DNA from: a virus
Lineage: Duplodnaviria; Caudoviricetes
IMG/VR virus record: IMGVR_UViG_3300032218_000496
Coordinates: 1 to 60,346 of that record
Reading direction: 5' to 3' (one strand)
Length of the DNA stretch: 60,346 nucleotides
Under the pieces are notes generated by a model. The model was not told the origin of the DNA. It worked only from the letters and a program-made list of their open reading frames with translations, and ran no database searches. Below are positions 1-10,200 of the stretch, in pieces. A program made the translations under genes and the position numbers. Each line of letters begins with the position of its first letter. Positions within the stretch are counted from its first letter, which is position 1.

Positions 1-27
1 GCTTAACTTGTATATAGGAGAACTCTC

Positions 28-513
28 ATGGGTTTAGCTTCGCATTTAGGTCCTTGGCTATTAGGAACCGTTAAAAATACTACCGGCTCAACAGCTGGAA
101 CAATCCGTAACATGGGCGCTACTTTAGTTGCTCAATCTGTTGCCATTGCTTACACAGACATTACTGCTGGAACATACGCATTTACACTACCAGCTGGCTC
201 ACAAATCGTAGATGCTTCGTTTAATACGACTGTTGCTTATGCAACTACTACGCCTACATATGCTTTGTTTGTAAACGCTGTGGCAATTAACACCGCAGCT
301 AACGGTAGTGTATTTACTAACACAGGTATTGTTAACTTGTTGCTTGGTAATAACAACGCAGCTGGCGCAGTGCTTTGTTCTAATGTAGGTACAGGCGATG
401 CAATTATTACATTTACTCAAGCTAACGTAACAGCTACTTCAGGTGCTGGTATATTGACTATGAGATATATAGTTAAGCAATCAGACGGTACATACGTTCC
501 AACTTCAGCTTAA
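28..513 (+). CDS. putative capsid-associated (decoration/minor head) protein
   Basis: AGGAG RBS; Thr/Ala/Gly-rich beta-type composition; follows the head module on a circular map; hairpin downstream. Confidence 0.55.
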   Translation: MGLASHLGPWLLGTVKNTTGSTAGTIRNMGATLVAQSVAIAYTDITAGTYAFTLPAGSQIVDASFNTTVAYATTTPTYALFVNAVAINTAANGSVFTNTGIVNLLLGNNNAAGAVLCSNVGTGDAIITFTQANVTATSGAGILTMRYIVKQSDGTYVPTSA

Positions 514-520
514 TTAATCT

Positions 521-537
521 GGGGGTTCGCCCCCTTT
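521..537 (+). terminator. probable intrinsic terminator/attenuator
   Basis: GGGGG-TTCG-CCCCC stem with UUCG loop followed by TTT. Confidence 0.55.
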
Positions 538-555
538 AACTTTAGGAGATTAATT

Positions 556-855
556 ATGGGTATGCAAACCGATGTTCTGTCAGCACATCTTAGTGCTGCG
601 GGTACTTTTTATGCAAGTAACCGAACAAGGCTAAAAGGGATTATTGTTGCCCCTAAAGCTAGTACAGCTGCAACTTTTGAAATACGCACAACCAGCGCTA
701 CAGGTCCAATTATTTATACAATGGACATAGCAAGTCTTGGCACACCAAATACCACTTGTATTTTAATTCCCGGTGAAGGTATTGTAGCAACGGCTGGGCT
801 GTATTTAACTTTAAGTGCTGGTTCTGTAACAGGTATTACTATATTTTATGGCTAA
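556..855 (+). CDS. putative virion structural protein
   Basis: AGGAG RBS; small beta-rich protein in structural operon. Confidence 0.55.
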   Translation: MGMQTDVLSAHLSAAGTFYASNRTRLKGIIVAPKASTAATFEIRTTSATGPIIYTMDIASLGTPNTTCILIPGEGIVATAGLYLTLSAGSVTGITIFYG

Positions 856-1105
856 GAAAAAAGGTCCGTCTCTGGCTATTGGTAGGGGTGAGAAGCTACC
901 TGTATCTCAAGGGGCGGGTCTTACTGCCAAAGGCAGAGCTAAGTATAATGCGGCTACGGGGTCTAATCTAAAGGCTCCGCAACCACAAGGTGGCGCAAGA
1001 AAGCGGTCATTCTGCGCTAGGATGTCAGGGATGCCCGGACCAATGAAAGACGAGAACGGCAAACCTACTAGGAAGGCTGCAAGTCTAAAGAGATGGAAAT
1101 GCTAA
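848..1105 (+). CDS. small basic phage protein (RKRSFCARM motif)
   Basis: Lys/Arg-rich ORF overlapping both neighbours. Confidence 0.6.
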   Translation: MAKKKGPSLAIGRGEKLPVSQGAGLTAKGRAKYNAATGSNLKAPQPQGGARKRSFCARMSGMPGPMKDENGKPTRKAASLKRWKC

Positions 1106-1338
1106 ATAACATGTTGGAATTATGGACTGGTGGTTTAACCGTTTTTATGGCGGTTATTGGATATGTTGTGCATGAGAAGTTTGACAAAATTAAAGACTTA
1201 GACGATAAACTTAACACTACGAGAGTGGAGATAGCACGTGACTATGCAACTAATTCAGAAGTCCAAAGAATTACTGACCACATTGACCAACGCTTTAACA
1301 AGCTTGAAGCAAAAATTGACCAGCTTATTAGCAGATAA
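1093..1338 (+). CDS. small membrane-anchored coiled-coil protein
   Basis: hydrophobic segment LWTGGLTVFMAVIGYVV followed by a heptad-like tail. Confidence 0.6.
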   Translation: MEMLNNMLELWTGGLTVFMAVIGYVVHEKFDKIKDLDDKLNTTRVEIARDYATNSEVQRITDHIDQRFNKLEAKIDQLISR

Positions 1339-1340
1339 AG

Positions 1341-1871
1341 ATGCCAAGTAGCTCTAAAAAGCAGCACAATTTTATGAACGCAATAGCACATAATAAAGCT
1401 TTTGCTAAGAAGGTAGGTGTTCCACAGTCCGTGGGGCAGGATTTTTCAAACGCCGACAAAGGCAAAACTTTTAAAAAAGGTGGTGATACGATGGCTTCTA
1501 AAATGGATCCTAAAATGATGGCTGCATTGATGGCTAGAAAAAGACCGCAAATGCCTGTAGGTGGACGCATGGCTGCGGATAATCAAATGACACAACCTGG
1601 CAGACCGATGCCCGGAACTCCTGCAATGCCTATGAAAAAAGGTGGCATGGCTAAGAGCGACGCTAAAGAAGATATGAAAATGGATAAGTCTCAGGACAAA
1701 GCTATGATCAAAAAAGCCTTTAAGCAGCACGATGCTCAAGAACATAAAGGCGGTAAAGGTACTTCCCTTAAGTTAGCTAAAGGTGGAACATTTCGCAAAG
1801 CCGCTAATGGCGTAGCTAAAAAAGGTTTAACTAAAGCTAGTATGCCTAAGATGAAAGGTAAAACAATATGA
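1341..1871 (+). CDS. Lys/Met-rich basic protein with repeated KKGG motifs (putative internal head protein)
   Basis: FKKGG, MKKGG and LAKGG motifs; ATGA overlap with next gene. Confidence 0.6.
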   Translation: MPSSSKKQHNFMNAIAHNKAFAKKVGVPQSVGQDFSNADKGKTFKKGGDTMASKMDPKMMAALMARKRPQMPVGGRMAADNQMTQPGRPMPGTPAMPMKKGGMAKSDAKEDMKMDKSQDKAMIKKAFKQHDAQEHKGGKGTSLKLAKGGTFRKAANGVAKKGLTKASMPKMKGKTI

Positions 1872-2350
1872 ACCGTAAGATGAAAAAGTTTAATGGCGAC
1901 GAAGAGTCAGAAGTTATTTTTGACAATCGTACTGTTAAAGAGGGTAAACTACCTAGTGAAGTAATGACTAAAGAAACTACCGTTTCTACGTCTACAGCTG
2001 CGCCTAAACCTAAACCAAAACCGATTAGGCCAAAAGCTACGCCACTGAGTGAGCCTAGAGTTGATGGTAAAACATTTACAGAAACTATAGCAAAGTCTAG
2101 AGTTCCTGCACCTAAAGAAACAAAAGCAGAAATGGCAAAACCAGACCCATCCCCTGGAGCATTAGGGTTTAAAGGGTTACGTAGTTTTCTTAGTGGGTTA
2201 GGAAAACCATACGGCGCTGACAAGTACGAAAAAGAAGCAAGAATGAAAAAAGGTCTTGAGGGTGAAGGCGCCTTTAAAAAAGGTGGTAAAGTATCTTCTG
2301 CTTCCAAACGTGCTGATGGTTGCGCTATTCGTGGGAAGACAAGAGCCTAA
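1868..2350 (+). CDS. basic low-complexity protein with C-terminal KKGGKVSSASKRADGCA.RGKT tag
   Basis: translationally coupled ORF; tag shared with next gene. Confidence 0.65.
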   Translation: MNRKMKKFNGDEESEVIFDNRTVKEGKLPSEVMTKETTVSTSTAAPKPKPKPIRPKATPLSEPRVDGKTFTETIAKSRVPAPKETKAEMAKPDPSPGALGFKGLRSFLSGLGKPYGADKYEKEARMKKGLEGEGAFKKGGKVSSASKRADGCAIRGKTRA

Positions 2351-2352
2351 TC

Positions 2353-2745
2353 ATGCCTGAGCAAACACAGTTCTCTCTTGATATTGATGATGCTGAAACA
2401 ACCAATAAAAAGCATCAAGCAGAAGCGGCTAGAAAACTTTTTAAAGACTTTCACGAGAAAAAGATTGACTTAAAAGAGTTTAACGAAAGAGCCAAAGGGC
2501 TTGATGTTGGGAAGACAGATAAAGCCACAACTAGTACAGGTGTGGGTAAATACTCTGGCGTCTCAAGAGCTGGTGCTTCTGGTGGAAGTGGGGCTAACCC
2601 AGTGAAAACTGGATCCTTGTCTCCATTTAACATGAAAAAAGGCGGTAAGGTATCTTCAGCGTCTAAGCGTGCAGATGGGTGTGCGGTTCGTGGTAAGACC
2701 AAAGGAACAGTTGTAATGTGTGGTGGAGGCATGTACAAAAAATGA
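2353..2745 (+). CDS. basic protein with KKGGKVSSASKRADGCA.RGKT tag
   Basis: start moved to ATG 2353, just after the upstream stop; duplicated tag. Confidence 0.65.
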   Translation: MPEQTQFSLDIDDAETTNKKHQAEAARKLFKDFHEKKIDLKEFNERAKGLDVGKTDKATTSTGVGKYSGVSRAGASGGSGANPVKTGSLSPFNMKKGGKVSSASKRADGCAVRGKTKGTVVMCGGGMYKK

Positions 2746-2996
2746 GACCATCTCGTGGAATGGGCGCAATAAGCCCATCTAAAATGCCCGGCGGTAAAAA
2801 GAAAGCTCGTAGAGATAATACGGACTTTACTCAATTTGCCGAGGGTGGTAAAGTGGGGTTGTATGATAATATCAATGCAAAGCGTAAAAGAATTGCTAAA
2901 GGGTCTGGTGAGAAGATGCGGAAGGTTGGAGCCAAAGGCGCCCCCTCCGCAATGGATTTCATCAATTCAGCAAAGACGGCTAAAAAGAGGAAGTAA
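2742..2996 (+). CDS. small basic protein (FAEGG motif)
   Basis: ATGA overlap at 2742; TAATG overlap with next gene. Confidence 0.6.
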   Translation: MRPSRGMGAISPSKMPGGKKKARRDNTDFTQFAEGGKVGLYDNINAKRKRIAKGSGEKMRKVGAKGAPSAMDFINSAKTAKKRK

Positions 2997-3931
2997 TGAC
3001 AACTTCAGGACTCACAACATTTAATTTAGACCTCAATAACCTCGTTGAAGAGGCTTTTGAGCGTTGTGGGGCCCAGTTGCGTAGCGGTTATGACTTGCGC
3101 ACTGCCCGTAGATCGTTAAACTTATTAAGTATTGAATGGGCTAACCGTGGTATTAACTTGTGGACTATTGAGCAAGGACAGATAAACCTTGTTACAGGAC
3201 AAGCGTTATACGCTATACCAAACAATACGATAGATTTGCTAGACATGGTTATTAGGCAGAACAACGGGTCTGCAAGCAATCAAGTTGACATAAACATTAG
3301 CCGTATATCCGAGTCTACTTACTCTACTATCCCTAATAAACTAACTACAGGTAGGCCAATACAGGTATGGATTAACCGCCAAACAGCAATGACTAACGCT
3401 GTAGCCACTACTGTTTTGCTTAATAACGGTGGGACGTTAAGTGCAACAGCTACTTCAATTAATGTGGCATTAAGCGCTAACCTACCAAGTGCTGGATTTG
3501 TATTAATAGGTACAGAGGTTATTAGCTATCCAGGTATAGTAGGGAATACCCTAACTAACTGCGCCCGTGGGCAGAACGGCACTACCGCAACTACTCATGC
3601 TGATGGCGCATCTGTAACAATTCAGAATCTTCCTTGTATTAATGTTTGGCCTACCCCTGACGCTGGTGGTGCACCTTATACTTTTATTTACTGGCGTATG
3701 CGTAGGATTCAAGACGCTGGTAACGGTACTACAGAACAGGATATTCCGTTTAGATTATTACCTTGTATGGTAGCGGGACTAGCGTTTTATATGGCGCAGA
3801 AACTACCAGAAGGACAGCCAAGAATAGGATTTTTAAAGCAAGAGTACGAAGAACAATGGTTACTGGCATCTACAGAAGATAGGGATAAAGCAGCTTCTAG
3901 ATTTGTGCCAAGGACTTTATTCTATGCCTAA
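2996..3931 (+). CDS. head-tail adaptor / tail tubular protein A-like, with inserted beta domain
   Basis: N-terminal helical segment (EEAFERCG..ARRSLNLL), VWPTPD motif, C-terminal LAFYMA helices; position in operon. Confidence 0.55.
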   Translation: MTTSGLTTFNLDLNNLVEEAFERCGAQLRSGYDLRTARRSLNLLSIEWANRGINLWTIEQGQINLVTGQALYAIPNNTIDLLDMVIRQNNGSASNQVDINISRISESTYSTIPNKLTTGRPIQVWINRQTAMTNAVATTVLLNNGGTLSATATSINVALSANLPSAGFVLIGTEVISYPGIVGNTLTNCARGQNGTTATTHADGASVTIQNLPCINVWPTPDAGGAPYTFIYWRMRRIQDAGNGTTEQDIPFRLLPCMVAGLAFYMAQKLPEGQPRIGFLKQEYEEQWLLASTEDRDKAASRFVPRTLFYA

Positions 3932-4352
3932 TAAGTTTAGTAGTGGCAAGTTTGCAATTGCCGAATGCGATAGATGTGGTCAGCGGTTTAAGTTAAAAGA
4001 ACTTAGAAAGCTGGTTATTAAGCAGCAAATGAAGAATATTAAAGTATGTAATGAGTGTTGGGAGCCGGATCAACCGCAGTTATCTTTGGGTATGTACCCA
4101 GTAGATGATCCGCAAGCGGTAAGAGAGCCAAGACCTGATACAAGTTACTTAGCTTCTGGTGTAAGTGGTTTACAAATTCAAAATGGTACTAATAATACTA
4201 TAGATGAAAACGGATACCAAGAAGGCGGTAGTAGAGTATTTGAGTGGGGCTGGGCACCTGTTGGTGGTTCTAGTGGTTTTGATAGAGTTTTAACCCCCAA
4301 TGCATTAGTTGCAACTGGGACTGTAAATAGTGTAACAATCTCTACAACTTAG
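3924..4352 (+). CDS. CxxC...CxxC zinc-ribbon phage protein
   Basis: CDRC and CNEC motifs; ATG 3924 overlaps the end of the upstream gene. Confidence 0.6.
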   Translation: MPNKFSSGKFAIAECDRCGQRFKLKELRKLVIKQQMKNIKVCNECWEPDQPQLSLGMYPVDDPQAVREPRPDTSYLASGVSGLQIQNGTNNTIDENGYQEGGSRVFEWGWAPVGGSSGFDRVLTPNALVATGTVNSVTISTT

Positions 4353-4361
4353 GAGTGTAAA

Positions 4362-4550
4362 ATGGGATTCAGAAAAGCAGCCGATGGAATAACTAAATCT
4401 GGAAAAACTAAAGGTACAAACCTTGGTGACTCTGGGCCAAATGTTAAAATTGAAAACGGACCTATGAAACATACTGTTGGGAAGACTAATTCCAACATGA
4501 AGTCTATGGGGCGGAATATGGCTAAAGTAGCCGCACAAAGGGGCAGATAA
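4362..4550 (+). CDS. small basic protein (ADG..GKTKG motif)
   Basis: AGGAG RBS; motif shared with proteins at 1341-2745. Confidence 0.6.
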   Translation: MGFRKAADGITKSGKTKGTNLGDSGPNVKIENGPMKHTVGKTNSNMKSMGRNMAKVAAQRGR

Positions 4551-4816
4551 TGGCTAAGTTCTCTAATAAAGTAATGGGCAAAGAAGTTGGCGACGCCAAA
4601 GTTTATGCTGAGCCACACACTATGTCGGGTAAAAAAAGTTCTATTCAAGCCGACAGCAAGTACAGCACTGGGGCTGAGTGTATGACTAAGATGAATATTT
4701 CTACAGGTGGTATTAGTAAAGGCAATACTCCTCCAGAAAATTCTAACGGGGCTATTAAAATGCGTGGTACAGGAGCTGCTACTAAAGGCTTAATGTGCAG
4801 AGGGCCAATGGGCTAA
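4550..4816 (+). CDS. small basic protein (RGTGAATKG motif)
   Basis: TAATG coupling at both ends. Confidence 0.6.
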   Translation: MAKFSNKVMGKEVGDAKVYAEPHTMSGKKSSIQADSKYSTGAECMTKMNISTGGISKGNTPPENSNGAIKMRGTGAATKGLMCRGPMG

Positions 4817-5514
4817 TGAATTACACTGAATTAAAAGCCGCTATAGAGGCATACGCTGAAAACTACGATACTGGAACAGGTGGTTTCGTAGAAAATATTC
4901 CTGTGTTTGTACAGCAGGCGGAACAGCGTATTTATAATACGGTTCAGTTACCATCATTAAGAAAGAACGTAACTGGGGTATTAACTGTTAGTAATAAGTA
5001 TCTGTCAGCTCCTACTGATTACTTGGCTACTTATTCTATGGCTATTGTTCAAAATCCCGGTACTGCTACAGAAAGCTACACCTACTTACTTAACAAAGAT
5101 GTTAACTTTATTCGTGAGGCATATCCCACGCCTGCGGATACGGGAGTGCCTGAGTACTATGCGCTATTTGGACCACAGTATTCTTATCCAAATGAGTTAA
5201 GTTTTATCTTAGGACCAACTCCAAATAACAACTACACAGTAGAGCTACACTACTTTTACTACCCACAATCTATTGTTACCGCTGGCACTACTTGGCTTGG
5301 TGATAACTTTGATACTGTTCTTCTATATGGCTCTTTGCTAGAGGCGGCGGCATATATGAAGTCAGATGCAGAAACTATTAATTTTTACAAAGACCGTTAT
5401 GGTGAGGCATTAGCTCTCTTAACTAGATTGGGTAACGGACTTGAGCGTGGTGATGCATACCGTGATGGTCAGACTAAACTGAATACAAACCTTAAAGGGA
5501 ATGTTGTAGCATGA
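4816..5514 (+). CDS. second adaptor/head-completion-like protein
   Basis: MNYTELK..AEQRI start, GPTP motif, LLYGSLLEA helix; coupled start at 4816. Confidence 0.5.
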   Translation: MNYTELKAAIEAYAENYDTGTGGFVENIPVFVQQAEQRIYNTVQLPSLRKNVTGVLTVSNKYLSAPTDYLATYSMAIVQNPGTATESYTYLLNKDVNFIREAYPTPADTGVPEYYALFGPQYSYPNELSFILGPTPNNNYTVELHYFYYPQSIVTAGTTWLGDNFDTVLLYGSLLEAAAYMKSDAETINFYKDRYGEALALLTRLGNGLERGDAYRDGQTKLNTNLKGNVVA

Positions 5515-5942
5515 CCATAGTCCAAGGACAAACTACGAGGTTTAAGACTGATGCTCTTAGCGGATTGGTTAATTTTAATACTGGAACTTCTTATACTTAC
5601 AAAATTGCTTTGTATACTGCAAACGCTGATTTAAATAATGCTACTGCGGTTTACACGACTGTTGGCGAGATTACAGGTACAGGATACACAGCTGGCGGTA
5701 AGCCGTTAGTCATATCAAACATACCTACTGGGGATACTACAAACAATGTAGCTTACATATCGTTTAACCCAGTAACTTGGACGGGAGCATCCTTTACTTG
5801 TAGGGGTGCGTTGATTTACAATAGTACAACGAGTGCAACAGTAGCAGTCTTGAATTTTGGGTCAGATAAAACAACAACGGGCACGTTTACAATTACTTTC
5901 CCAACACCTAGCTCAACAACCGCAGTAATAACAATTTCTTAG
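5511..5942 (+). CDS. tail/fibre structural subunit
   Basis: Thr-rich beta protein with YKIALYT...GYTAGG motif; ATGA overlap. Confidence 0.55.
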   Translation: MTIVQGQTTRFKTDALSGLVNFNTGTSYTYKIALYTANADLNNATAVYTTVGEITGTGYTAGGKPLVISNIPTGDTTNNVAYISFNPVTWTGASFTCRGALIYNSTTSATVAVLNFGSDKTTTGTFTITFPTPSSTTAVITIS

Positions 5943-5950
5943 GAGTAATT

Positions 5951-6559
5951 ATGACAAACGAAAAAGCAAGCTGCGGTGATAACGCTGTAGCCTCATTACA
6001 AGCAAACGTAACTATTCCTGAAGGAATGGGCGTAGATGGTTTTTATAAAGTAGAGTGCCGTGATGCTGCTGGTAATCTAAAGTGGGAAGAAGAGTTTCCT
6101 AACCTAGTCGTAGCTGTAGGTAAGCAGCTAATGCTCGATACACTACTTAGAACGTCTGGTACATACACTACAGTTGGACCATTCTTAGGTTTAACAAACG
6201 CTACTTTAACTCCGGCTGCTACAGATACCATGACAACTTTGGTTGGCGGTGGTAAAGAGTTTACTAACTACACGGTTAGTAGTTCAGCAGTTCGTGGAAC
6301 AGCGGTGTTTGCTGCGTCTACCTCTACAGGTTCAACTCCAAGTAACGTCACAACCTCTGCGGCAACTGCGATTACTTATACAATCACGGGCGCTGGCGGA
6401 ACAGTTTACGGATGCTTCTTAGTAACAGGCACAGGCGCTGTTAGTACACAAAGCTCAACGGCTGGTACGCTTTATTCCGAAGGTAATTTTAGTACAGCTA
6501 AAGCAACTACAGCTGGCGATACAGTTTCCGTAAGTTACAGCACCACCGCCACTTCGTAA
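5951..6559 (+). CDS. tail/fibre structural subunit
   Basis: AGGAG RBS; Thr/Gly-rich; NLVV..G motif. Confidence 0.55.
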   Translation: MTNEKASCGDNAVASLQANVTIPEGMGVDGFYKVECRDAAGNLKWEEEFPNLVVAVGKQLMLDTLLRTSGTYTTVGPFLGLTNATLTPAATDTMTTLVGGGKEFTNYTVSSSAVRGTAVFAASTSTGSTPSNVTTSAATAITYTITGAGGTVYGCFLVTGTGAVSTQSSTAGTLYSEGNFSTAKATTAGDTVSVSYSTTATS

Positions 6560-6584
6560 GCCTTTAATTTAAAAGGACTTTTTT

Positions 6585-7271
6585 GTGTTTTATACATATA
6601 GCCACGCTACTCCTGAAGGTCGTATTTTTTACATAGGTAAAGGACAAGGTAAGCGTGCGCACCAATTAAAGTACAGAAACGATAAGTGGAAAAAAATTGT
6701 AGCTAAATATGGAAAACCATCTATTCAAATACTAGCTGATTGGAACACAGAGGCAGAAGCTTTAGAACATGAAATGCTATTAATTAATTGTTTTAGAGAT
6801 ATGAACTATGAGTTAGCAAATTTAACTGATGGTGGCGAAGGAACTTCCGGATATAAACATACAATTGAGCAGATAGAAAGAAACAGAAAAGCAAAAATTG
6901 GTTCCGTACCTTGGAATAAAGGAATACCATCAGGCTTAAAACATTCAGAAGAATTTAAACAAAAACTTAGTGATTTCCATAAAGGCAATAAATGGCGACA
7001 GGGTAGACCAACATCTGCAAAACAAAAAGCTATAGCAAGTAAATTATCAAAAAATAATATTCATGCCGCTGGAAATACAAATAACCGCAAATGGGTATGG
7101 GTTGGCACTAATGTAATTACTGGCGAAGTTGTAAAATTTATAGGTGAAAAAGAAATGAAAGCAGCCGGCATTCAACATTCAAACGTCATAAAATGTCTTA
7201 ACGGTCAGCGAAAGTCCCATAAAGGGTATACATGGCACAGAGAACTTTGGGAGAATAAATCATGGCATTAG
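6585..7271 (+). mobile_element. free-standing GIY-YIG homing endonuclease with NUMOD3/NUMOD1-like DNA-binding repeats
   Basis: FYTY...FYIGKG..R, NLTDGGEG, KHSEEFKQKLS and terminal CLNGQRKSHKGYTW; AT/Lys-rich; interrupts the tail module. Confidence 0.85.
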
Positions 7272-10200
7272 TATTAAAGGACAGAGTTCTAGAAACCTGT
7301 ACTTCTCCCGGTACAGGTACGATTACGTTATTAGGCGCAGTTACAGGCTATCAAGCATTTAGCACGGTAGGCAACGGCAATACTTGTTATTACGCTATAG
7401 CCGACCAGAACGGAGCAAACTGGGAAGTAGGTATTGGTACTTACTCGTCTGGAACATTAGCCCGTACCACGGTTCTATCCTCATCTAATGCTGGCTCTTT
7501 AACTAACTTTAGTACTGGTTCACAGAACGTATTCCTGACTTATCCTAGTGAGCGGTCTGTTAATCTAAGTTCAGCCGCATTAACTTCTGGTCGTGTTGCT
7601 TACGCTACTACTGATGGTCTACTAACAGACTCAGCCAACCTTTTATACTCTGGTACTGACTTAACTGTTTATGGTGTAAGAGTTGGTCGTGGCGCGGGTG
7701 CTGTATCGACGAATACGGCGGTTGGTGCTAGTGCTTTGGCGGCAAATACAACGGGCTTTCAGAATACTGCTTTTGGTAGGCTTGCATTAACAGCCGTCAC
7801 ATCAGGTTCATACAATACGGGTATTGGTGAAAACTCTCTCGGTTCAAATACCTCCGGCACTCAGAACACCGGCTGCGGCTCTCGCACTTTAACCGAAGTC
7901 ATTAGCGGTTCTTACAACAGTGCGTTGGGATACGGGGCGCTGAATTTAAACACAACAGGCTCACAAAATACTGCTTTAGGCGTACAAGCACTTACATCAA
8001 ACACCACCGCATCTAATAACACAGCAGTAGGCTATCAAGCGGGATACAGTAATACAACAGGAACAGCCAATGCGTTCTTTGGCGTACAAGCTGGTTCTGG
8101 AAATATTACAGGAACATCAAATGCTTATTTTGGACATAATGCTGGTGTTGGCACTAACGCAAATTATAACTCTGCATTTGGAGCATTTACACTAACAAAT
8201 ACTTCCACTGGCATAAATAACACTGCAATTGGGTATGCAAGTTCAAATGTAATAACTAGTGGTTCATACAACACAGGCGTAGGTGCGGGAACACTCCAAT
8301 CAAACACCACCGCATCTAATAACACAGCCGTAGGTTATCAAGCAGGGTATAGTAATACCACAGGAGCATCACTTGTAGCAGTAGGTTATCAAGCGGCTTA
8401 TACAAACACTACAGGAGCATATAACGTAGCATTAGGTACTAAAGCACTTTCCTCAAACACCACCGCCTCTGGCAACACAGCAGTAGGTCAAGAAGCCTTA
8501 TTTACAAACACTACTGCTAGTAATAATACTGCGGTAGGTTATTTAGCAATGTACACTAACTCAACAGGAGCAAATAATGCGGCTTTAGGGTGGCAAGCAT
8601 TAGCAGTAAATTCTACTGGTAGTAATAACACTGCTCTTGGTTACATGGCTCTTTACCTTAACACCTCCGCCTCTGGCAACACCGCCGTGGGCTATCAAGC
8701 CGGATATAACGGAACTACTGGCGCTTACAACACCGCTGTTGGCTTTCAAGCTATGGACGCTTTGACCGCTGGCGCAGATTTTAACGTAGCGGTTGGCGCA
8801 AGTGCTTTGGGGTCAACGACGAGCGGGGATAACAACGTAGCTATTGGTACAGAAGCCCTCTACTCCAACACCACCGCCTCAAATAACACAGCAGTAGGTT
8901 TTCAGGCAGGGTATAGTAATACTACTGGTGGAGTAACTGCTTTTGGTTATGGTGCTTTATATAGCAATACAACTGGCTTTGCAAATATTGCCGTGGGTTT
9001 AAACACTCTTCGTCTAAACACTACAGGCAATTACAACATTGCTATTGGTCAAGGCGCAAACAACACTGCACTTGCTTCAAACACCACAGGCTCAAGCAAC
9101 GTAGCTATTGGTGGTGATTCTTTATCGTCAAATACAACGGCATCTAATAACACTGCTGTAGGATATAGTTCGTTATACTCAAACACCACCGCCTCTTATA
9201 ACACAGCCATTGGTTATCAAGCACTTAAAGCAAATACAACAGGCGAGAATACTGCTTATGGCGCAAATGCTTTAATATCAAATACTACTGGTACAGCCAA
9301 TACTGCGTTAGGTGGTACTACAAGTTCTATAGGTGCCTCATTAGCGTCAAACACTACAGGCGGCTCAAACGTAGCCGTTGGTGTAGGGGCATTAACAAAT
9401 AACACCACCGCCTCTGAAAATACCGCAGTAGGTTTTGAATCATTAAAAACAAACACCACAGGTTCTGCTCTTACAGCAGTAGGTTGGGCATCTCTTCGTG
9501 CAAATACAACTGGCGCTAATAACGTAGCAGTAGGTTATGCGGCTTTATATACAAACAGTACTGGCGGTAGTAACACAGCTTTAGGGTTTTATGCAATGAT
9601 TAGTAATACAACAGGCTCTAATAATGTAGCAGTTGGATTTACTGCTTTACAAAACCAGACAACTTCAACTTCTAATGTGGCTGTTGGGTATGCGGCAATG
9701 CTTTCTTGTACTAGTGGCGGTGGTAACACAGCGGTAGGTTTTCAAGCCGCTTATTCAGGCACAACAGGAATAGATAATGTTGCTGTTGGTTTAAATGCTT
9801 TAGTAACTAACACAACAGGAAGTTATAACGTAGCAATTGGTCGTCAAGCACTTAATGGAAGCACCACCGCCTCATACAACACAGCAGTAGGTTATCAATC
9901 TTTATATTCAAATACAACAGGCATATATAACACAGCAATAGGGTACCAATCATTTGCATCTAACAGTACAGGAAATTACTGTACTGCTGGAGGTTACAAA
10001 GCCTTAGCTTCAAGTAATGCTGATAACAACACTGCGTTTGGATTTCAAGCAGGGACAGGCACTACGTCTGGGCAACAAAACGTGTTTATTGGTGGGCAAT
10101 GTGCTGTGCCAAATACAACTGGCTCATACAATGTGGCAATGGGCGCAAATTCATTTGCAACAAACACTACTGGTTCAAACAATTCTGCATTTGGTTATGG

